The translations under genes and the position numbers were made by a program. The notes beneath the pieces are model-generated. The model worked only from the letters and a program-made list of their open reading frames with translations. It was not told the origin of the DNA and did not search any database. Below, one piece after another: positions 37,548 through 47,898 of a DNA stretch of 64,000 nucleotides. The DNA lies in contig JBNJNM010000008.1 in assembly GCA_052426225.1 (NCBI GenBank), positions 1,674,001 through 1,738,000 on the forward strand, written 5' to 3'. This DNA is from Zancudomyces culisetae HAW-14-8. Lineage: Eukaryota; Fungi; Kickxellomycota. How positions within the stretch are numbered: position 1 is the stretch's first letter; each line of letters begins with the position of its first letter.

Positions 37548-39209
37548 TTAATCCATTACATTTATCGGAGATGAAGGAGGGTCTTCCTCCATCTCCGCAT
37601 CATGGATGCTGGGACCGATTTGATTGCTGTTGTCTTGATCCGGAGGTTTTCCGGTTCCGCTGTCTTCCGCCTCGCCGTGTGGTGCCTCTTGCTGGTTTTG
37701 CGTTTGATTCTGTTCCTGTGCTTGCTGTTGTTCTTGTACTTGCTCTTGTCCTTGTTGCTGCTCTTGTCCTTGTTGCTGCTCTTGTCCTTGTTGCTGCTCT
37801 TGTAGTTGTTGTTGTTCTTGCCCTTGTTCCTCTTGTTGTGGCTGTGCTTCCATTCGTGTCTCCCCTTCTGCTGTAAGTGATTCTCTTTCTATTCTTTCTT
37901 TTACTTCTTTTTCCTTCATCGCAAGCTTTTGTGCCAGCCTTATGACTGCATTGTCTTCCTTATTTTTTTTTTGTTTATTGATCTTTTTGATCTGTTTTTG
38001 TTTACTGCTTTGTTTCAGTATTTTGAATTTTTGTTTTTTTGTTTTTTTTTTACTAATGTTGTTATTAAAGATAACTTCGTTGATGATATTTTCCACCTCC
38101 ATGTTTTCTGCTTTCTCCAGTTCTGCTTGTTTTCGTGCTTCCTCTTCATTTTGTACTCGTTCTTGTTTTTCCTCTTCCGAGTCGTAACCTTCGTCCATAC
38201 GACTTTCGTAGTCGTCGTCAAAGCTTTCTTTATCGCTTGCCCTTTCCTTCTCATTTTCATTTTCATTATCAGCTTCGTTTTCCGCTTCCTTTTCGGCTTC
38301 TTTTTGCTGCTTTTCCCGTTCCTGGCGTTTTTCCTGTTCTTGTTGTCTTTTTTTTTCGTGTTGGTTTTCTAGTTCATTCTGCATTTCTAACTCCTTATTC
38401 ATTTCCATTTCTTTTTGTCTCTCCTGTTCAATCTGGTTTTTACCTTCTGTTATCATTTGTTTTATTTCTCTGTACCTGTCTGGTCTGTTTCTTTTTCTTT
38501 GTTTTGCCAGTTCAGGGCATTCACTCTTCCAGTGACCCTCAATCTTGCAGTATGTGCAAGAGGCTGGCGCCCCATCCCAGATCAGATTGATCTTTTCATC
38601 CTTTACCACTATTGTTGTAGGCAGTTTAGCTCCCTTGTGCATCCTTATTAGTACCTTTAGGCTGTTGACAACGAAGTGATCGTTGCCCGCCACCCTTAAT
38701 GCCATAATGTCTGCAATCTCACCATAGTGCTTCATTACTTGGTATAGATTTGCGACGAATCCATGGATCTCATCGTTCTTGAATGATGGTATGGTCACCA
38801 CTTTCGTTACTTCTGTGTGTTGAAAGGTGTTCCACAGATCTAGCTCCTTTCCTGACACAGTTTTTTTGATCTTTCTAGCCGCTTCTGCGTCTTCCACTGT
38901 TTTGAACCAGACAAACAGAACTCCTCTTTCTCTGTCTTGGTCGAATGATACTTCAAAGTCTTTTAGGGTATCAGAGATCTCACCCATTGCTGCATCATAG
39001 TTTGCGTTGATGCTTCTGGTTCGGATGGCGAGTTTTCGCTCATCTCTGGTTCTGCAAACAATCATATTCCCTACATCGGGTCTCTCATCGACCCAGTGGA
39101 GGATAGAGTATTGTTGGTAGAGCATCGCTCTACCTCCTCTTGCAGCTTGGTAGCTGCCCCTTTGCGCAGTTTGCGCATAGGACTTTTCTTTCGTCTGCGT
39201 TGATGCCAT
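37548..39209 (-). CDS. LINE ORF1 (gag-like): RRM-like region, CCHC zinc knuckle, coiled coil, Q/E repeats
   Basis: CTYCKIEGHWKSEC (CX2CX4HX4C), YGEI motif, E/K/Q-rich coiled coil and QEQQQG repeats. Lies upstream of ORF2. Confidence 0.92.
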   Translation of the reverse strand: MASTQTKEKSYAQTAQRGSYQAARGGRAMLYQQYSILHWVDERPDVGNMIVCRTRDERKLAIRTRSINANYDAAMGEISDTLKDFEVSFDQDRERGVLFVWFKTVEDAEAARKIKKTVSGKELDLWNTFQHTEVTKVVTIPSFKNDEIHGFVANLYQVMKHYGEIADIMALRVAGNDHFVVNSLKVLIRMHKGAKLPTTIVVKDEKINLIWDGAPASCTYCKIEGHWKSECPELAKQRKRNRPDRYREIKQMITEGKNQIEQERQKEMEMNKELEMQNELENQHEKKRQQEQEKRQEREKQQKEAEKEAENEADNENENEKERASDKESFDDDYESRMDEGYDSEEEKQERVQNEEEARKQAELEKAENMEVENIINEVIFNNNISKKKTKKQKFKILKQSSKQKQIKKINKQKKNKEDNAVIRLAQKLAMKEKEVKERIERESLTAEGETRMEAQPQQEEQGQEQQQLQEQQQGQEQQQGQEQQQGQEQVQEQQQAQEQNQTQNQQEAPHGEAEDSGTGKPPDQDNSNQIGPSIHDAEMEEDPPSSPINVMD

Positions 39210-39578
39210 ATCTTCGCAGACGTTTCTTAGGGTTTTTTTGGATTTAAGGTCAGTTAAATTTAGTAGATTTAGGTTTAGATTTATGTTCAGTTGGACTAAA
39301 TGTGTCGAGATCAGTACTAATCTCGGTTTAGACGTGTTTTTTATGAGTTTTTTATGACCTTTTGGGTACTTTTTACTATGTTTTTTGGGTTTTTTATAAC
39401 TTTTTTTGTTATCTTTTTGTTATCTTTTTATGTTTTTTCTTATGTTTTTTTATTGCTATATATCTTTTTTTTTTCTTATGGTTTTTAATGTTTTTAGGCT
39501 TGTTTTAAAGGTAATAATTTATTTAAGATGTTGTGTGATTTTAGTCGCTGTCAATAGTCGATATCGCTATATTTTTCC

Positions 39579-39615
39579 CGAAAAGAATGTGTTTCATGTA
39601 CTGCGGAAAAGCTGC
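39579..39615 (-). mobile_element. 5' stub of the host LINE A copy, including the TSD
   Basis: The reverse strand gcagcttttccgcagtacatgaaacacattcttttcg is ORF2-internal sequence (AAFPQYMKHILF). Confidence 0.9.
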
Positions 39616-39835
39616 ATCTTGTTTCTATACGCACTGATATAGCTGTTTAGCTAAAGATTATTCATAGTTTGTTGTACTTTTTAAAAAACATGAACTGTAA
39701 CATACGCACTGTGGTTCAATTAATATATAATATAAAAACAATTGTTTATTTATTTCATGATTACATGATCAACGTATATTCAACAACACTAACATAAAAA
39801 GAAAGAGACACTATGCAGTGGCCTTGTCATTTATT

Positions 39836-40572
39836 TTAACGGAGTCTACGGGCTTCACGTTCGGACTCGAGCAAAGTCAAGATATCGTTTTCGCGTACTG
39901 GTCCCTTAACGTTACGGATGATTGATCTAGATGTGTCGTCCATGAATTCAACTCTGACTTGAGTGACACCACCACGTGATCCTGTACGTCCGAGTACTTT
40001 GATGACTTTAGCAAGCTTTACTTGTGTTTTTTGGTCCTATAAAATTTGATTTAAAGACAACAGTAAGTCAAAATGCGCACAGAGGCTCGAATGAATCAAA
40101 AGAATATATACTGCCAACAAACGAGTTATAATATACATCTCACTAAAACACGCCCAATCCCTTCTTGTAGAAGTTCATTATACTGGTTTTATCCAAAACA
40201 ACCACTAACTGTAATAGATTTGCCCAACTACACACATGCGTACTGTAAAAAGAAATGCAGCATGTATCCATCAACCATAAACTCGACCATACAACACATC
40301 ACCAATGCAGATTGTTCCCTTCAAACCAAAACGCCTGCTCCGACAACATATCTCCCTTATCAAAGCGCTTTTGTTTCGACTGTATACCCTTCACGCCCTT
40401 CATTATTCGAATTTTTCGTTCCCACACATTCGTCAACATGCACTTTTATATACACATCGTTTGGATTCAAATAATACGCCATGGATTCGATATAAAATAA
40501 ATCTAAAAATCTTCTGGCGGTTGTACAAGTTCTCAAATGGACAGTATTATGCTGTATAAGATGACTTACCAT
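39836..40572 (-). CDS. RPS28: 40S ribosomal protein S28 (eS28); ATG exon 40572-40570, intron 40569-40037, exon 40036-39836 (absent from the ORF track)
   Basis: [67 protein letters not shown]. Confidence 0.97.
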
Positions 40573-41443
40573 TTTAGTATATATCTAGTCTGAAAACGTG
40601 TATAATTCTGGATTACCCGTACTGTACCCGACAAACAAAATTTCTCTTTTTGTATTGTTAGCTTAGAAGCCTCTACTTTGTTCTTGTAAAAAATTAAAAT
40701 ACAAACTTTTTTTTAACTTTTGTCCTCTGAAAATTTTTTTTGCGCCTGTTTTTGTTGGTCTCTTTTTTTTCTTGTATTTTTCTGGTGGTTAGATTCACGT
40801 TTTCCTTCAAAATACAAAAAATATCAAAATTGTTAATCCCTATTGGATAACTAACATAATTTCAAAAAGCTCTTAATTTTAGGGAAATACAAACCTCTCA
40901 TGGCAATTAGAGGAAACATTGGCACTAGAATAATCTCCTTTTAATTATACTAGTATTGCTTCTCAGTTAATACACTGTCTACTTGTTGACTATTTGTTGA
41001 CTATATTCTGGTTTTCCACATCGACAGATCTATGAAAAATATACCTGAAGTATTGAGAGACATAAAATTACTCTTTATTGCTGACCAAATATAGTCATAG
41101 TTTGTTATTGAATACACTCGGTAGACTATCAAAATGTATACACTGAACTGTTTTCTGTTACATCTCTTAATCTCAATATGATAATGGTAGTGGTAGTGGT
41201 TAAAAGTAACTGTAATCCAAGATAGACAGATTGGTAACCCCAGTGTGTATATCTCTTCTTTTTTGATGCTAAATTTTATCACGCACAACTATAATAGCTA
41301 AATTCGAAACTCAATGGAAAAAACTCTTTTTTATTCTCTTTTTATCACTCATTATCCATTGCAAAAAACAAACAACGCGGCTAAAACATAAAAAAAAAGT
41401 TGAAAAGAAGGGGCTTAAAGGTTTTTGACTAAGATTGTACTGT

Positions 41444-42130
41444 TCATGGGTAGCCGCAGTAAACAGAGTCAAGGCCGTTCTGTTTGCATACTGTTCCAGG
41501 ACCACAGCGGAAAACCTGGTACTCACCGCGCACACATTGCAAATAGTTCTGATTGTTGTCTTTTGCACAGACAAATGTATTTTCCTGACATACGCCTGTA
41601 GTTGAGATTTCGTTGCAACTGATAGACGAAGAGGCTGGACTTGTGTATATAGACACCTCTCCCGAGCCATTGCATGACGTGGTAGTGTAGTTTGGAAGTG
41701 GTGGAAGACTGGTATTGGCTGTGGTTGTGTAAGCAATGGTAGGAGACGCAACGCTCTCACCTGTACACCAATGTTTATGGCATCTTGTAAACTTGTTATC
41801 AAGGTTTGGAATGATTGTACCATAGATCACTTTAGGAAAGTTTACGTTCTTATAACTACCCGGTCTTCTTCCGCCGTAGTGCGAACCACCATCATAATTA
41901 CCATGATGGTTATGATGGTTGTGATGGTTATGATGGTTATGATGGTCATGATGGTCATGATGGTTGTGATGGTTGTGATGGTTGTGATGGTTGTGATGGT
42001 TGTGATGGTTGTGATGGTTGTGATGGTTATGGTGATGATCCCTGTTCTCCTTTTGAAGATAGGCGTGGGTTTTCTGGAATTTAAAAACAAATACCAGTAT
42101 TAACATCGCGATATACTTGAAGTTTCTCAT
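41444..42130 (-). CDS. Secreted His-rich protein with a C-terminal CBM19-like chitin-binding module
   Basis: Hydrophobic signal peptide, (HHN/HHD)n tract, T/P linker, and Cys module CQENTFVC...YLQCVRGEYQVFRCGPGTVC...C. Confidence 0.75.
   Translation of the reverse strand: MRNFKYIAMLILVFVFKFQKTHAYLQKENRDHHHNHHNHHNHHNHHNHHNHHNHHNHHDHHDHHNHHNHHNHHNHHGNYDGGSHYGGRRPGSYKNVNFPKVIYGTIIPNLDNKFTRCHKHWCTGESVASPTIAYTTTANTSLPPLPNYTTTSCNGSGEVSIYTSPASSSISCNEISTTGVCQENTFVCAKDNNQNYLQCVRGEYQVFRCGPGTVCKQNGLDSVYCGYP
41902..42040 (-). repeat. 9-bp tandem repeat (CATCACAAC and variants) encoding HHN/HHD
   Basis: About 15 units of gttgtgatg/gttatgatg/gtcatgatg on the + strand. Confidence 0.95.
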
Positions 42131-43266
42131 TTCTTTCTGTCTTTTTTATTTTATTTCTTGTATTTTCTTGTGCTTTCTAGTACTTTCTTTTCTTTTGATT
42201 TCTTTTTTTCTTTCTTTATTTTGGTAGTTGATAGCAAAAGGCAGGAATAACGGTAAAACGAAGAGTATATATACATTTCTGTTAAGCTATCACAAATTAC
42301 TAATTTTACACACACTAATAGTAACCAACAAATATCCGTATTAAAAATTTGGTATATACGCAACACACACCGTCTTTGTTTTTTTAAACTCCTGCTCAAC
42401 TAGCTTTACAGTCTGCCTTGATAATTGTTAAAAGTACACCCGGTTAATTATAATATTTTTCATACATTAAAACAAGAAAAAGACAAGCAGCATTTCATTA
42501 AAATCGGATGATAGCGAAAGGGATGTACCCGATGATGGTCCAAATCAAAGAGAAAATTACTATTAGTAAAAAATAAAATATATTAAAATGTTGTTCAAGT
42601 GGGAGAAGGGAAGTAGATTATCAGCTAATCCGGCTTTCTGGTAATGAATAGAAAAATAAATCAGATATTAATCCATACTACATTTAAGCCTCAACTCTAT
42701 TACCCATATATACGTAAAGCTACGAGTAATTCTAAGCTTGAGAGTTGGAATTACTTTTAAAACTGTATACTACCTTTAGGCAAGCTCCGGTTGTTACCGG
42801 TGGCAGTGATTATAATGCTGCTGATTTGCAATCGTGTTTTTTTTTTCGGAACTTTATATTATAACAATTGAAATAATCACACAAGCAGGGTTTAATAAAG
42901 CGGATCTTTTTTTGGGTAAAATTGTTGTCCTCTAGTACTAAAAAAAACAGGTATTTTCTTTCTTCAAATAGTTTATGGCTAAATGAGATGGGAAAGAAAG
43001 CACATCTCATCATATGTATTGGAATGGGGCATGGTATCACATAGTAATAGTCCAAGAAAACTTATTCCCAATTTAAACAAGTATAGAAACAGAATAAATT
43101 TGATAAAAGAAAAAAAGTACAAATCAAAATAGTCTAGTAAAACCTATAGCAGGGGGAGGGGGTTATGATGATTTATGGACAAACTCGGTGGGTGGATAGA
43201 GTCAAAATAGCATAGGCCCTTAACATATTTGTCATTTATGATAATAAAGGCAAAAGGTGTATCAAC

Positions 43267-45703
43267 CTATTGTGGTGGTTGGTATTTGGGGTGGGGAGAG
43301 CCGAATTGGGGTTGTTGGTATTGTGGTTGGGTTTGTTGATATATATGCTGTTGAGTAGGGGGGATAGTGGAATGTGGGGGAGTTTGGCCAGGGTAAAGTG
43401 AGGAAGTTGAAGGTGGAGTGGCTTGGGGGTGGCCAAAGTTAGGTGGAGGATTGTATGGTGGGTATTGTTGTTGAGGCTGCTGTTGGGGTTGCTGTTGAGG
43501 TTGTTGTTGTATAGGTTGTTGAGGTTGCTGTTGTATAGGTTGTTGTTGAGAGGGAGGTGGGGGTGGAGGTGTTTGTTGCTGCTGAGGTTGTTGGAACTGC
43601 TGAAACTGTTGAAATTGCTGAGGTATTTGCTGCTGATGGGAATATGGTTGATGTGCTTGGAGTTGTTGAGGCTGCTGGAGCTGTTGTTGAGATTGTTGCT
43701 GTATTTGCTGAGGATTTTGATAGTTTTGGGGATATAAGGAGGCGGGCGGGGCAGCAAGAGAAGGATTATAGTTGGGGTTTTGTAGGTTTTGAGATGCACC
43801 AGACATCATAGTATCATAAGTATAAAGAGCATCAGTCAGTTGATTTTCTAATGCAACATACTCTTGATTTTTTTTCCTAAATTCTTCAATGAGCTTTACT
43901 ATCTTGGGTCTAAGATTTAGTGTGGTGAAGTACAAGGCTTGGATTTCTTTATTTTGGGATAGATTATTGTCTTTCGCTGGGTCTAATCTGCTCAGCATCC
44001 GCAGTAGCACCTCGATGTTGTGAGCCTCGTTCAATACCTCATCCTCAAGACTGTTTATCTGTACCTGTTCGCTTTTATGATCTCTAATTGCTTGAACAAA
44101 GTTTGCAGGGAAAATCCCTTTTCTTCCCCTAATCTCACCCTTCCACCAATCTCGATATTTCTGATCAAGAACTGAAATTATCTCGCCCTTAACAAACCCT
44201 AGCTCACCTTGCTCTGTAGGAACAAAGTCATAAAGTGCTTGTACTTTTATTTTACCACTGCCCTCCGCTGTGCTATCGTTTACCTCCTTTGTAGCCTTTT
44301 TAACTGTTACATGCTTTTTTATTTCGTCTCTTAATGTTGCTGGTGACTATTGTTATTATTTATTTATTTTACGTCTTGGTTCAGATTGGGCATTACGAAC
44401 AAATTATGTTTAGTCTTTTTTTGATTTTTAAATAATCTGAGAGTGGAGTTACTGACCTGGTAATTTGGCGCCTTATTTTTGTGGTCAACATCTGAAAGCG
44501 AAAGCGCAAGGGCCAATTCAAGCTCGTAGTCCTCACTTTCCTCCTTTCCTTCACGCTAATCATTTTTAACAGCCCATACAGTAAGTCATAATTCATATCT
44601 ATAGTAACAGCTAAATTATCCTGTACTAATAACTATTATTAAATACCTGCTTCGGAAGCTTCAATGGTTTCTTTGGCTCTGGAAATTTGACCCCTAATTA
44701 CAAAAGTTCCTTATTAATTCTGCAACACAGCAATATACACATAGAAAAACAATAAAATAGGAAAGTAAGTCAAACCTTTTGAGAGAAGCTTGCTGTAAGT
44801 CTCCTCCATCAAACTCAGATCCGTATCCTGACGAAAATCAAAAGCCCATTTTTGTATATCGCTTAAAATCCTCGTTTTTACTTTTTCATTTACCGACTAG
44901 TCAAAGAATAATTTCCTACTGTTACTTCATCATATCATGGTGTACATAGTTCTCCCTCCCTCCAAATACACATTTTTATTACATGCAAAAAAGACAAATA
45001 AATACAAAAGGAACCCAAAAAAGTTCACGTCGATGAAATTACCTTATCTTTCAGTATTCTAATCAAGGTTGTGGTGAATGAACGTGATGCTACCTGCGAT
45101 TGTACCGCTTTGCCACAGTTTTCTACCAACGATTCAACCAGCTATTTCAATTTATTTCTTTTGTTTGTTAATTTATTGAAAAGTATATATTTTCATATTA
45201 AATATTCCCCTTGGTTTCTAGGAGAAAGAAAGTAATAATATTTCTCAACTTACCGATAGGGTATACATTACAACATTTGGATTTCGGTTCAACAGCCTCT
45301 TTTTGATGGCCTCAAAGCACTCCACGGCCCTAAAAATGCAATTTCAATTCAGAGCTTTGGTACAAACTGCAACCAAGACTATGTGTTTAAAAAGAAATTA
45401 ATAAAAGTATTTACTCGATGTGATTTGTCCCCACTTTGTCACATATTTCTAGGATGGTGCTCCAATCTTCTGCTGTTAGCTTTTCACTTGTAGCTACATC
45501 TATGTTTTTTTTAAACATTATTTACGATTTTGTATAGTTTGTTGTTTTTTCTAATAAATGTTTTTTTGAACATTGTCTACTAAGTAATCATATGGATATT
45601 ATGTATAGATATTAATAGTATAATAGCGGGTTTACAGGTCCAAAGAACTCATTTTCCCTCACTTACTAACTAACTTTTCGGTTTTGCTTTGCGACTTGAA
45701 CAT
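43267..45703 (-). CDS. HSE1: ESCRT-0 subunit Hse1/STAM (VHS, SH3, GAT, Q/P-rich tail); multi-exon
   Basis: [12 protein letters not shown]|[23 protein letters not shown]...[10 protein letters not shown]...ENCGK (VHS); [51 protein letters not shown] (SH3); LRPKIVKLI (GAT). Internal exon boundaries are approximate. Confidence 0.9.
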
Positions 45704-47898
45704 CCTTTTTTTAAGCTTTTGTGGTTTACTTGTAATTTTTTAATTCTAATGTATTAGATCCCAGATTTTAAAGTCCCACCAAAATAAAATGCACCTTCCT
45801 TGTAGTGATATAAAAGTATAATTTTGTTTTCTAGTTTAAGTTTGTATTTTAAAGCTTTGCTTTAAATGTTACCAAAACGAACCTAATTGGTATCACACGA
45901 GCAGTTTTTCTTGGGTTGCTTCTAAAAAAGGTAAATGTCAGTGAGGTTTGGGTTTTGCTAACCACAGTTGGGCTATTTGCCGCAGGCCTCTAAACAGCAT
46001 GGTTTGCTATTATTTTTTTTCATTTGTCTTGGAGTAGCCTATCATATTACTAAGCATACGCATTGTAATATTTCCCAATCAACTAATTTCAACCCATTTT
46101 CCCGGGAATAAAATACAACTATTTCTTGGAGGGGCGGGGGAGGAGCAATAGATTTATGCTCTGCTAAAAAGTAGGTTACCATCAAAGTACACGGAGAAAT
46201 TACGCATTCGAATACAAGATAGAATGGACTCAAGCGAGTTCAGGCTAGTACGTGTTGGCGACCGGTTGGAAACCAACCTTTACATTGTCTACCATTTGAT
46301 ATAGCGTGTATTTACTCGCATCTTTATTTTTGTTGGAGGGGCTAGATATTAGATATCTAGAGTTTTGGGTGCTAAGAATATAGTAAACATCTATATAAAC
46401 TGAATTTTATTATACTGCTTCAGCAACAACTAAAAGTGCCAAGGAAGCACCAACATGGCCAAATATCTACGAGTTGTTTCTTATTAATTTTGCCAATTAT
46501 GGGATGGCAATCTTGATTATACCAAGCCAAACAAAATATACAACCAGTTGTCAAACCCAGTTTTCTAGACCGATTTTTAAGCTTTTCTTGGCAAAAGTTA
46601 GCAGCTAAAATTGTACAAAAAAAAACTTAGCAGACAAGTTCACCTACATCATTCCTGAATTTTTTAAAAAAAAAACCAGTGAATGGAAAGACAAGAGATG
46701 CTTTGCCCACTTGAAAAAAAAAGTGTTTTACATGTGAAGGATAAAGAATAGGTGCGTCATAAAATTGATGCAATAATTTTTGGCTATTGAAATACTAACG
46801 AATGTATAGAACCATTAATATAGTCGTGATATGTGAGCACATCAAGTTGAGCATAATATTTCTATTTGTTTTTTTGTTCTTTGAACAGTAATCAGTTTAA
46901 GATATAAGTCAGTTCGATCCTGCTTTCGAGCCAGCTTTTAGGTGTGAAAAAAGAAAAACAGGAAAACATGTGTGTCAGAGGACAATATCACTACAATACT
47001 CAGCCAAGATGGTTGATCCAGAGGCCGCACTGGTTACCAATAACTACTAGGTAGTATATATAATGCAATGTTCTGGTTATCTTTGTGTTGGTATGAACCC
47101 CACTTGAAATATCAACCAAAATAGTCGGTAATGGTCAACTCTGGGATTTACATCCACATATACAAATGCTACCAATGTACTCAATACACTAAATCCATTG
47201 CGTTGATATTACTAATACACAGCCACGTGAGCTTTTAAAGACAGCCAGGTACTAGCTGATGTATTTTTCCTCGAACACCACAACCCTTTAAAGCTTCTTG
47301 AGGTGATATTGAAAGTACTACATAATGGCCTTAAGTTCAAAAAAAGGATGATGATGCAGAACGAAACAATAACAAAAAATATGTCTGTTATATATCTTCT
47401 TGCTCCCAACATATCTTGAAAGCACTTTTGTCATTTATCTATTTCATGGGCCAACCTATGTATATTTTTGCTTACTTGAATTTTCAAGTGAAAAAATTTT
47501 CCTCAGTTTATCTGATTACAAAGCATGAAAAATAGTGCAGCAATTTAACAAAATGAAACTGGCCAAACAAAAAAAAATCTAGGCAAAAATCCGGGAGTGT
47601 ATGCATCGAATCATCAAAGTGGTGGGCATGTAAATATAAATATAAATTTAATGTAAAAATCAATTTTGGTGATATATCCCCCCTTCGTTAAGTAATATTA
47701 GCACCTAGATCAAATCTTAATCTTTTGCAGTCTTTCTGTCCAAGGACAAAACTAATTATTAGGGTAGCATAGTGACGTACAAACCCTGGGAATTAACAGC
47801 AAAGAAAGTGAAGATACAAGAACAAAGGAGGAAGTGTGGAGATTAAGCTAGCAGAGTACTGATTATTATTTTATTGAAAACGCTAGGAAATAAACAGA

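Larger units (their letters stand above)
33596..39578 (-). mobile_element. Full-length, intact L1-clade-like non-LTR retrotransposon (family A), 5,983 bp, with a 16-bp TSD
   Basis: A-rich 5'UTR, ORF1, ORF2, 3'UTR with AATAAA, and poly(A). Flanked by cgaaaagaatgtgttt at 33580-33595 and 39579-39594. Confidence 0.95.

Noticed and set aside
40073-40572. ORFs 40073-40474, 40255-40500, 40305-40559 and 40360-40572
   Set aside because: They lie within the RPS28 intron and have no protein-like features.
41902-42040. Repeat tract as a CRISPR or telomeric array
   Set aside because: It is a spacer-less 9-bp coding repeat inside an ORF with a signal peptide.
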